A DNA stretch of 32,000 nucleotides from Neisseria sp. 27098_8_112 (lineage in GTDB: Bacteria; Pseudomonadota; Gammaproteobacteria; Burkholderiales; Neisseriaceae), in assembly GCF_041433235.1 (NCBI RefSeq), contig NZ_JAPWBB010000002.1:64730-96729 (forward strand), written 5' to 3'. Of the stretch, positions 24,284-32,000 are shown one piece after another. The first letter of the stretch is position 1, and the number at the start of each line of letters is the position of its first letter. The position numbers and the translations under genes were made by a program. Below the pieces are notes generated by a model. It did no database searches. It was not told the DNA's origin and saw only the letters and a program-made list of their open reading frames with translations.

Positions 24284-24372
24284 TGTTTTTATTTTCAATA
24301 CTTTCGGGTAACATAAAACCATACTTTCCGCTTTATCAGAATTCAAAGTTAATTTGTATAGGCGCGTATCCT

Positions 24373-24705
24373 ATGGTTACCGAACAGCAAAACGATATCC
24401 TCAGCATCAATCAAGTACAGCTTCTCCTTGCTGAAAAACGCACGGCACTTGCTATCATGCGTACGGGCATTGCCGTTTTCGCACTCCCTTTGTCTATTTT
24501 CAGTGCGCTGATTGCGACATCGAAATGGTACGAGGCCGTTGATGTTTGGCCTTTGCTCGTACTGGTCAGTCTGATGAACATCAGCTTGATTATTTTCTCG
24601 GTCTATCTGATTACCCGCTCGCTCCGTAGAATGCACCAATATGACCGGCTGATTGCCGATATCAAATACAACAATCAGTCTTTGCGCAAACTGATTAAGT
24701 CATAA
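24373..24705 (+). CDS. DUF202 / YidH-like membrane protein
   Basis: LLAEKRTALAIMRTGIAVFAL is the characteristic DUF202 motif, and there are 2-3 TM segments. I prefer the ATG at 24373 to the upstream alternative start at 24283. Confidence 0.65.
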   Translation: MVTEQQNDILSINQVQLLLAEKRTALAIMRTGIAVFALPLSIFSALIATSKWYEAVDVWPLLVLVSLMNISLIIFSVYLITRSLRRMHQYDRLIADIKYNNQSLRKLIKS

Positions 24706-24883
24706 AATGCAGATAGTTGGGGCTGAACATAGGTTGTCTGAAAATCAAAATATAGCGGAACTCCAAATATGTATTAAAACATGATTCTGTCAAACATACC
24801 GTAATTGCTCTTGGAGATGTTACTGTATACTTTGCTCCCCCCATTTGAATCGATACGATACCATTGCAGTAATTGAGATTAAA

Positions 24884-25189
24884 ATGAACAACAAATATAA
24901 AGAATGGATAAAAATCATACTGCTCCCTCATTTAATAACGGCTATTTTTTTAGGGCCGGCAATAATTGTTTTTTGGTCAGGTGGATTTATCGGTCTCTAT
25001 TCTGTTATAAACGTGTTCAGTGAATTAGGTTCGCTTAAATATTATATTTATATTGGAATTCCTTTAATTTTTATAATGTTCTTACTTGGGTTTTATTGGA
25101 AAAATCTGACAATAGGGAAGATACTGACCTCTTCTGCGATATATTTATGGTTTCTCTTAGGTTTTTTATGCCTAGGGTGGCAGATATAA
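24884..25189 (+). CDS. Hypothetical 101-aa 4-TM protein in a low-GC islet
   Basis: MNNKYKEWIKI... with four hydrophobic segments and AT-rich codon usage. I prefer the ATG at 24884 to the TTG at 24845. Confidence 0.45.
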   Translation: MNNKYKEWIKIILLPHLITAIFLGPAIIVFWSGGFIGLYSVINVFSELGSLKYYIYIGIPLIFIMFLLGFYWKNLTIGKILTSSAIYLWFLLGFLCLGWQI

Positions 25190-25318
25190 ACTTATTGAAA
25201 TGATCAACTCAATTGGATATTAGGAACCCTGCTGGATACACCGATCGTGTGTAGACAAATACGAATGCAGTCTGCAATTTTGGTTTGTCCGGTCTCTTGT
25301 CTCAAACGCTTTTAAAAT

Positions 25319-25564
25319 ATGGAACAACCTGATTTTTTCCCCATTCCCAGCCCCTGCATCGGCGTCTGCGAAGCCAATGCCAAAGGTTATTGCAAAGGCT
25401 GCCTGCGCAGCCGGGAAGAGCGCTTGTACTGGCTCCAGATGACCGACAGCCAAAAGCATCAAGTCATGCACCTTCTATCCCTCAGGAAAGCCAAAATCCG
25501 CAACCGCAAAACAGAAAAGCCCGACACGGGCGAATATCCGGTTCAAAACCTGCTCGATTTCTAA
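25319..25564 (+). CDS. DUF1289 (YdhL-like) Cys-rich protein
   Basis: PSPCIGVCEANAKGYCKGCLRSREE is the conserved C-x3-C...C-x2-C DUF1289 signature. Confidence 0.8.
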   Translation: MEQPDFFPIPSPCIGVCEANAKGYCKGCLRSREERLYWLQMTDSQKHQVMHLLSLRKAKIRNRKTEKPDTGEYPVQNLLDF

Positions 25565-25602
25565 ATTGCCCTTGCCTACCGCACACCACAATAAGGAAAA
25601 AC

Positions 25603-26589
25603 ATGAAAAAACTGCTTGCCTGCCTGCTTGTACCATTGACTGTCCTCACCCTGGGCGCCTGCAAACCCGCTGCAACTTCACCCGAAAGCAAACCTGCCGA
25701 ACTTAACTGGCAGCAGCCTAAACTGACCAGCAATGTTTGGAAAATCAGCAAAGAAGGCCAACCAGACTCCTATCTGTTCGGCACCATCCACATGGGGAAA
25801 ACCAATCAGACCTTGTCTTCCGATGCCCTCAAACTGTTGCAATCCACCAACCAACTGACCACAGAAGTTGACGCATTGCCGGACAGCAGTCCGGAAACAA
25901 AAAAAATGTATCAAAAATACTTCAAAGAAGTCATGAGTACCGAACCGCTCAGCCGCAAGCTTGGCAAAGCAGATTTCCGTCTTTTACAAGAAATCTATTC
26001 AAAAAATGAAGAAAGCCGACCCATCGCCAGAATTGCCGACAAACTCCACCCGTGGGCAGCATTGGTTTTTGCCGGCAGCGCATTTCCCCAAGGATATAGC
26101 GCAGAAACCGGTGCAGATATGTTGCTGACCAACGCAGCAGTCAATATCAACAAACCGCGTGGTTCATTAGAAAGCTTGGACGATGTTACCGCGATCTTCA
26201 AAGCCCAGCCTGAAGAAACCATGCTCAACTTTCTGAAAGCCAGCATTAAAACCAATAAAGAAGAAACAGAAGATATCAAAAAACTCCATCAAGCCTATTC
26301 AGGCGGCCGCTTTGAAGAACTCATTCCACTTTTGGAAGAAACCGAACAACGCACCCTCAAACTTGTTGATACCAAGTACGCCAAAGCCATGTCCGATTGG
26401 CTGAAAAACGACCTCCTGATCCGCCGCAACTTGGCATGGCTGCCTGAAATCCGCAAGCAATCCGCCAAACAAAGCACCCTCTTTGCCGTCGGTATTGCCC
26501 ATTTACCCAGCGAAAAAGGCTTAATCGAACTATTGCGTCAAGAAGGCTATCAAGTTACCCCGGAACCTAAGGTTTTAATTTGGCAATAA
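25603..26589 (+). CDS. TraB/GumN-family lipoprotein
   Basis: Lipoprotein signal MKKLLACLLVPLTVLTLGAC. Family motifs FGTIHMG and LFAVGIAHL. RBS AAGGAAAAAC precedes the ATG. The upstream 71 codons in the ORF track overlap the DUF1289 gene and are Pro/Gln/Arg-rich. Confidence 0.8.
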   Translation: MKKLLACLLVPLTVLTLGACKPAATSPESKPAELNWQQPKLTSNVWKISKEGQPDSYLFGTIHMGKTNQTLSSDALKLLQSTNQLTTEVDALPDSSPETKKMYQKYFKEVMSTEPLSRKLGKADFRLLQEIYSKNEESRPIARIADKLHPWAALVFAGSAFPQGYSAETGADMLLTNAAVNINKPRGSLESLDDVTAIFKAQPEETMLNFLKASIKTNKEETEDIKKLHQAYSGGRFEELIPLLEETEQRTLKLVDTKYAKAMSDWLKNDLLIRRNLAWLPEIRKQSAKQSTLFAVGIAHLPSEKGLIELLRQEGYQVTPEPKVLIWQ

Positions 26590-26607
26590 ACCTTATCAGC
26601 AAACGAC

Positions 26608-26643
26608 AAGGCCGTCTGAAAGTCTTTCTTTCAGACGGCCTTT
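26608..26643. terminator. Bidirectional DUS inverted-pair terminator between convergent genes
   Basis: AAGGCCGTCTGAAAGTCTTTCTTTCAGACGGCCTTT. Confidence 0.75.
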
Positions 26644-26690
26644 ATTCAATCTCTATTAAATCAAGCAGTAAGCAATGTTGAGCGTAACAA

Positions 26691-27686
26691 TCAATCGCCC
26701 AATGCCGCTACCATCACCGCTTTAATCGTATGCATCCGGTTTTCTGCCTGATCAAACACGATGCTGGCTTCGCTTTCAAAGACTTCTTCCGTTACTTCCA
26801 CACCATTCAGGCCGAATGTCTCATAAATCCATTCGCCGACTTTGGTTTCACGATTATGGAAAGCAGGCAGGCAATGCATAAACTTGACTTGCGGATTTTC
26901 AGCCGCGGCCATTAATTCGGGCGTAACTCGGTAATCTTTCAGCAAATCGATACGTTCCTGCCACGCCTCTTTAGGCTCACCCATGCTGACCCACACATCG
27001 GTATGGATAAAATCCACGCCTTTCACGGCTTCCTGCACATTCTCCGTCAACAGAATCCGTCCGCCGGTCTCTTTGGCAACAGCCTGCACTGTCTCGATAA
27101 TGTTTTCAGACGGCCACAAACTTTTCGGTGCACCGATACGCACGTCCATGCCCAGTTTCGCAGCCAACACCAGCAACGAATTGGCCATGTTGTACCGCGC
27201 ATCGCCGACATAGGCAAACGCAATCTGGTTCAAAGGCTTGTCGCTATGCTCGCGCATCGTCAGCGCATCAGCGAGCATTTGGGTCGGGTGGAACTCGTTG
27301 GTCAAACCATTGAACACAGGCACGCCTGCATACTTGGCCAGCTCTTCCACCACATCCTGTCCAAAACCGCGATATTCGATACCGTCAAACATCCGCCCTA
27401 AAACACGCGCCGTATCCTTAATGCTTTCCTTATGCCCGATTTGGCTGGCAGACGGCTCCAGATAAGTTACCCCTGCCCCTTGATCGCGCGCGGCCACTTC
27501 AAACGCGCAACGGGTGCGGGTTGATGTTTTCTCAAAAATCAGGGCAATGTTTTTTCCCTGCATCCGCTGCACCTCGCGCCCTGCTTTTTTAGCAGCTTTC
27601 AATTCGGCGGCAAGGTCAAGATAGGTAGTGATTTCTTCCGGCGTAAAATCCAAAAGTTTTAAAAAATGGCGGTTTTTCAGGCTCAT
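26691..27686 (-). CDS. argF: Ornithine carbamoyltransferase
   Basis: [20 protein letters not shown] and HCLPA motifs. It is near-identical over long stretches to my recollection of gonococcal ArgF (331 aa). Confidence 0.95.
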   Translation of the reverse strand: MSLKNRHFLKLLDFTPEEITTYLDLAAELKAAKKAGREVQRMQGKNIALIFEKTSTRTRCAFEVAARDQGAGVTYLEPSASQIGHKESIKDTARVLGRMFDGIEYRGFGQDVVEELAKYAGVPVFNGLTNEFHPTQMLADALTMREHSDKPLNQIAFAYVGDARYNMANSLLVLAAKLGMDVRIGAPKSLWPSENIIETVQAVAKETGGRILLTENVQEAVKGVDFIHTDVWVSMGEPKEAWQERIDLLKDYRVTPELMAAAENPQVKFMHCLPAFHNRETKVGEWIYETFGLNGVEVTEEVFESEASIVFDQAENRMHTIKAVMVAALGD

Positions 27687-27826
27687 GTCTTATTTCTCTT
27701 TTTTCTAGCGTGGGCGTTGCCCAACATTTTTCTCCATGCAGATTTCGTCGGGCTTCCACCGACCTTCTGCTGCTCAATTTTTTTTAACGTGCGAAGCCTG
27801 CTAATAGTGCAGCCCCTTATCCTCTA

Positions 27827-28588
27827 TCAAAACAAGGCCGTCTGAACCTCGCCTCGCTCCAAAGCAAGCAACGATTGTTTGCGATTCAAACCGCCTGCGT
27901 AGCCGGTCAGCTTGCCGTCGCTGCCGATAACGCGGTGACAGGGAATCAAGATAGACACCTTATTCTGCCCGTTTGCAGCGGCAACAGCGCGAATGGCTTT
28001 AAGATTACCCAACTGCTGCGCCTGCTCCTTGTAGCTGCGCGTTTCGCCGTAAGGAATGGTCAGCAGCGCATTCCACACCTGCTGCTGAAAAGCTGTACCT
28101 ATCGTTTCCAAAGGTGTCGCAAAAACTTTCAGACGGCCTTGAAAGTATAAATCCAATTCTTGGCGTAAAAGTTGCGTTTGCTCATTTTCTTGGAAAATAA
28201 ACTGCCCGTGCAAAGCTTTTTGGACAGCCATGATTTCCTGTTCCATATGCTTCTGCCCGACAAATTCCAGCAGACACAAACCCTTACTGCCGAACACCGC
28301 CAACATCTCGCCCAACGGCGTAGCAACCGCAGCCGCAGTCAGTTCGTGCGGACTTTCAGGATAACGCGTTTCCAACAGTCGGATAGCTCGGCGGATACGG
28401 ACATATTCTTCAGGCGCGCAACCGATACAGTCAATAAAATCCTGCTCGAACTGCTTGGCTTTGTGTTCCGTAAACCGCTCGTGTATCAGGGCTTCAAGGT
28501 CGGCGGAAAAGTCTGTTTCCAATAGTTCTCGGATTTCATTCCACTTTGCTGGAAGCGCATCTAAAGAAGGCAGAGTAATCATCTGCAT
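27827..28588 (-). CDS. Methylated-DNA--protein-cysteine methyltransferase with an N-terminal AraC-type helix remnant (Ada/Ogt-like)
   Basis: Active-site IPCHRVIG, the O6-alkylguanine transferase DNA-binding region (YGETRSYKEQA...AIRAVAAANGQN), and an N-terminal segment resembling the second HTH of AraC/Ada. Confidence 0.85.
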   Translation of the reverse strand: MQMITLPSLDALPAKWNEIRELLETDFSADLEALIHERFTEHKAKQFEQDFIDCIGCAPEEYVRIRRAIRLLETRYPESPHELTAAAVATPLGEMLAVFGSKGLCLLEFVGQKHMEQEIMAVQKALHGQFIFQENEQTQLLRQELDLYFQGRLKVFATPLETIGTAFQQQVWNALLTIPYGETRSYKEQAQQLGNLKAIRAVAAANGQNKVSILIPCHRVIGSDGKLTGYAGGLNRKQSLLALERGEVQTALF

Positions 28589-28936
28589 TTACTCCCGATA
28601 ATCAACAAACCCCAAACGATTACCCGACGGATCAAAAAATTCCACAGCCCATCCGGTACGAATACGGAAAGGTTCACTTAGAAAACGGATATTTCTACCC
28701 TGTAACGCCGCATACTTCGCCCGCACATCATCCACTTCAATCCACACGGCAGGCGTCATATTAGGAAATTTTTTCCGCTCTTTAAGAATAATAGCAGCTT
28801 CTTCTTCGCCCACCCGAAAAGCAACCATACCGCTTTCGGAAAAGTCGAATTTAACGGGCAAATCCAGTACATCTTGATAAAAACGGCAACTAGTAGCCAG
28901 ATCATCTGCAGGAAAGAAAAAATTATCGTACTTCAA
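28589..28936 (-). CDS. VOC-family (glyoxalase / bleomycin-resistance fold) protein
   Basis: 115 aa with a typical paired beta-alpha-beta-beta-beta sequence pattern. Its stop directly abuts the methyltransferase start, so they are probably an operon. Confidence 0.6.
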   Translation of the reverse strand: MKYDNFFFPADDLATSCRFYQDVLDLPVKFDFSESGMVAFRVGEEEAAIILKERKKFPNMTPAVWIEVDDVRAKYAALQGRNIRFLSEPFRIRTGWAVEFFDPSGNRLGFVDYRE

Positions 28937-29033
28937 TTTTTCTCCTTATCAACTAATTGTTATCGCAGTATTACTTAAGAAAAATATACACCATTTTATC
29001 AGGCTAATATCCTACTTTTTCAGACGGCCTTTT

Positions 29034-30173
<1,140 letters not shown>

Positions 30174-30187
30174 TCACTTTGAGAAAC

Positions 30188-30228
30188 AGGCCGTCTGAAA
30201 CGTTCTGAATATGATTTTCAGACGACCT
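30188..30228. repeat. Mixed-dialect DUS inverted pair
   Basis: AGGCCGTCTGAA (30188-30199) is paired with TTCAGACGACCT (30217-30228). It lies between the dapE start and the stop of the next minus-strand gene. Confidence 0.6.
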
Positions 30229-30279
30229 TGAGTTCATTTGAATATACTGAATGGGCAGTCTGCCTTTCGGTATTCTGAG

Positions 30280-30900
30280 TTATTTTCCATGGCAAGCTTC
30301 ATACAGCGGCAGTAAGTCTTCCACTGTTTCCACTATCCATTTCGCGACATCCTGCTTGCCCAAATCATCGCGTTCGATGTGTTTCCCGATACAGAAGAAA
30401 TCTTTGTCGTCTCGAAGCTTTCTATCGCCGTCGCTTTGTTGGGAGATGGTACGATAATCATCATATTCGCTTTCCGCACCGTGCCACATATCGAATGAAG
30501 CGTATTTTTCAGTGTCAAAATTATCCAGCCAACGGTTGTAATCAGGCAGTGCAATGGGGGAAACATCGGCTTTATAGCAATGCCAGTCCAAGCTGACGCT
30601 CAAACGGCGGCGATTTAGCAAAATCGATAAAATCGCTGCGGAATTTTTATATTGTTCGTATTTGAAATACGCAAAGAAATGAGCGCGTACCTGCCAGCCG
30701 TTACACCAGCGTTCGATATGCGGCGGCGCGAACGGTGCACCCAATTCGGCGGCAACCTGCTGGATCAGCTGCTGCCATACCTGCCAGTTTTCTTTATAGT
30801 CTGCCTTGATTTGCGGAATGCTTTCAGGCTGGTATTTTTTAAGCTGGGAAAACTGGAAAAAAGGGATATTGAACAAATCGCAACTTTTTGGGGTCAGCAT
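30280..30900 (-). CDS. Conserved hypothetical protein (206 aa, Trp-rich, cytoplasmic)
   Basis: Long uninterrupted ORF with host-like composition. I do not recognise a family. Confidence 0.6.
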   Translation of the reverse strand: MLTPKSCDLFNIPFFQFSQLKKYQPESIPQIKADYKENWQVWQQLIQQVAAELGAPFAPPHIERWCNGWQVRAHFFAYFKYEQYKNSAAILSILLNRRRLSVSLDWHCYKADVSPIALPDYNRWLDNFDTEKYASFDMWHGAESEYDDYRTISQQSDGDRKLRDDKDFFCIGKHIERDDLGKQDVAKWIVETVEDLLPLYEACHGK

Positions 30901-30934
30901 AGTGTATTCCTTAAGACGATTGTTTCAGACGGCC

Positions 30935-31444
30935 TTATTTGCGGCGGCGTGCGGCCATAATTTCGCCGATTTCGGTCAATTTTTCTTTGGGGATAAAGGT
31001 TTTGCCCATATCAAACAGCGGCTCTTCAATCGCCAGATGAACATCATATCCTGCGACAAAACGTTTGAATGCTTCGGCATCAGGAATATAGGCATTGTCT
31101 GCTTCAAGCTTGGCAAATTCAGCTGCTACGCCGTCCCAGTTGCTATGCAGACTGACATGTTGGCGCAACAGCTCGTCAACGCTTTCTTGAGCTTGCGGCG
31201 CATATTGCAACAAAAGCGGAAAGAAGTTTTCTTCTTCGTCTTCATGGTGCAACGGCGCGGCAACGTTGAAATACTGGGCAATTTGGCGAATGGTTTGCAA
31301 AACAACCTGATTGCAGCCGTTTTCGGCGATATAGTCCGACAACATGGCAACCTGATTGCAGAAACGGCGCACTTTGCCGTGGCAGGCGTACAGCATTTCA
31401 ATGGGTTCGGCAAAAGTAACGCTTTTGGTTTCAAACGGATTCAT
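30935..31444 (-). CDS. Hemerythrin (HHE cation-binding) domain protein
   Basis: [12 protein letters not shown]...[16 protein letters not shown]...H pattern of His/Glu ligands spaced as in hemerythrin-like domains. Confidence 0.7.
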   Translation of the reverse strand: MNPFETKSVTFAEPIEMLYACHGKVRRFCNQVAMLSDYIAENGCNQVVLQTIRQIAQYFNVAAPLHHEDEEENFFPLLLQYAPQAQESVDELLRQHVSLHSNWDGVAAEFAKLEADNAYIPDAEAFKRFVAGYDVHLAIEEPLFDMGKTFIPKEKLTEIGEIMAARRRK

Positions 31445-31491
31445 GGTTTTGAGGTTTTATTCTTAAATTAATGTTTCCAGATTATAACAAA

Positions 31492-31514
31492 ACAGCCTGC
31501 ACAAGGCAGGCTGT
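31492..31514 (-). terminator. Terminator of laz
   Basis: ACAGCCTGC-ACAAG-GCAGGCTGT hairpin, with a T-run on the minus strand (TTTGTTAT), 22 nt beyond the laz stop. Confidence 0.7.
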
Positions 31515-31536
31515 CTGTTTTCGAGCTTGAGGCGGA

Positions 31537-32000
31537 TTAGTCAACCAAAGTAACTTTACCGTTCATCAAAGCGCCGTGACCTGGGAAGGTACAAGCGAAT
31601 TTGTATTCGCCGCCGGCCAATTTAGCAGGATCCAGAGTCAGGGAAGCTTCTTCGCCGCCGCCAACCAGTTTGGTGTGGGCAACAACGCGTGCGTCGTCAG
31701 GTTTAACGTAGTCAGTTGCAGCAGCACCGGCACCGTCTTTGAAAATACCGTCCATGTCTTCGGCTTTACCGATGACGATGTTGTGACCCATGCTTTCTTT
31801 AGGTTGGGTACCAGTGTGTTTCAAAGTGATGGTGAATTCTTTACAAGCTTTACTTACTTGGATTTCTTTAGTGTTGAACTGCATAGCGTCGTTGGCTTCA
31901 ACAGTAGTTGCGCAGTTGCCGGCAGCAGGAGCAGCGGCAGCATCGGCTGGAGCAGCTTCAGAGGCAGGAGCGGCATCGGCAGGTGCAGTAGTTTCTGCAG
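31537..32000 (-). CDS. laz: Lipid-modified azurin Laz (H.8 antigen domain plus azurin); 5' end lies beyond the window
   Basis: Azurin copper-site residues ([13 protein letters not shown]) and near-identity to recalled neisserial Laz. The reading frame stays open upstream of the track's Met at 31884. Hand translation gives [38 protein letters not shown], the Ala/Pro/Glu-rich H.8 linker. Confidence 0.93.
   Translation of the reverse strand, partial: AETTAPADAAPASEAAPADAAAAPAAGNCATTVEANDAMQFNTKEIQVSKACKEFTITLKHTGTQPKESMGHNIVIGKAEDMDGIFKDGAGAAATDYVKPDDARVVAHTKLVGGGEEASLTLDPAKLAGGEYKFACTFPGHGALMNGKVTLVD

Noticed and set aside
16380-24290. dRS3 repeats (ATTCCC-N8-GGGAAT), Correia elements or direct repeats flanking the prophage
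   Set aside because: I searched by eye for ATTCCC/GGGAAT pairs and Correia termini and found only isolated hexamers inside genes. Short shared words are at chance level for a 32-kb window or are low complexity. Examples are the TTTGCTCCCCCC 12-mer at ~23843 and ~24831, TTTTGTTTTG at ~16514 and ~17619, and AATTAAGA.
25390-25602. 71-codon N-terminal extension of the TraB/GumN ORF
   Set aside because: It overlaps the DUF1289 gene in another frame and is Pro/Gln/Arg-rich. A perfect lipoprotein signal peptide with an RBS begins at 25603.
27687-27826. ArgR operator upstream of argF, and a T8 tract (~27778-27785) as a phase-variation switch
   Set aside because: I found no TGAAT-N4-ATTCA-type ARG box. 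The T8 run is intergenic with no evident promoter-spacer role, so there is insufficient support.

Overview
The window is chromosomal DNA from a Neisseriaceae genome. I counted about 25 exact copies of the 10-mer DNA uptake sequence GCCGTCTGAA / TTCAGACGGC by eye. Most sit in the extended AGGCCGTCTGAA form, which is typical of commensal Neisseria, and many are inverted pairs acting as terminators. Several proteins match neisserial proteins from memory: PglL, RmpM, FNR, ArgF and the H.8/azurin lipoprotein Laz.

The backbone is ordinary housekeeping: pglL, a CpxRA-like two-component pair, a PatZ-like acetyltransferase, the rpsP-rimM-trmD-rplS operon, a PepSY membrane protein, greA, rmpM, cysB, fnr, hemN, argF, an Ada/Ogt-like methyltransferase, a VOC protein, dapE, a hemerythrin protein and laz.

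The one clear accessory region is an ~8 kb low-GC insertion (~16380-24253) between hemN and a DUF202 gene. It is an Nf/MDA-like filamentous (inovirus) prophage, all on the minus strand. Gene order is Rep_trans initiator, pV-like ssDNA-binding protein, pVIII-like major coat, small minor-coat-like ORFs, pIII/TspB-like adsorption protein, pVI-like protein and Zot/pI assembly ATPase. It ends with a ~300 nt hairpin-rich non-coding stretch and an IS110/Piv-Irg family DEDD recombinase.

The most interesting hypotheses are:
1. The structured non-coding flank of the IS110-type recombinase may encode a bridge-RNA-like guide for phage integration. No dRS3 repeats flank this prophage.
2. An extremely AT-rich moron cassette inside the virion-gene block encodes a 78-aa hyper-acidic protein (possible DNA mimic / anti-defence) and a small membrane protein.
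3. The prophage carries a different DUS dialect (GGTCGTCTGAA) from the host.

No rRNA, tRNA or CRISPR array was seen. All homology statements come from recalled motifs and sequences, not from database searches.
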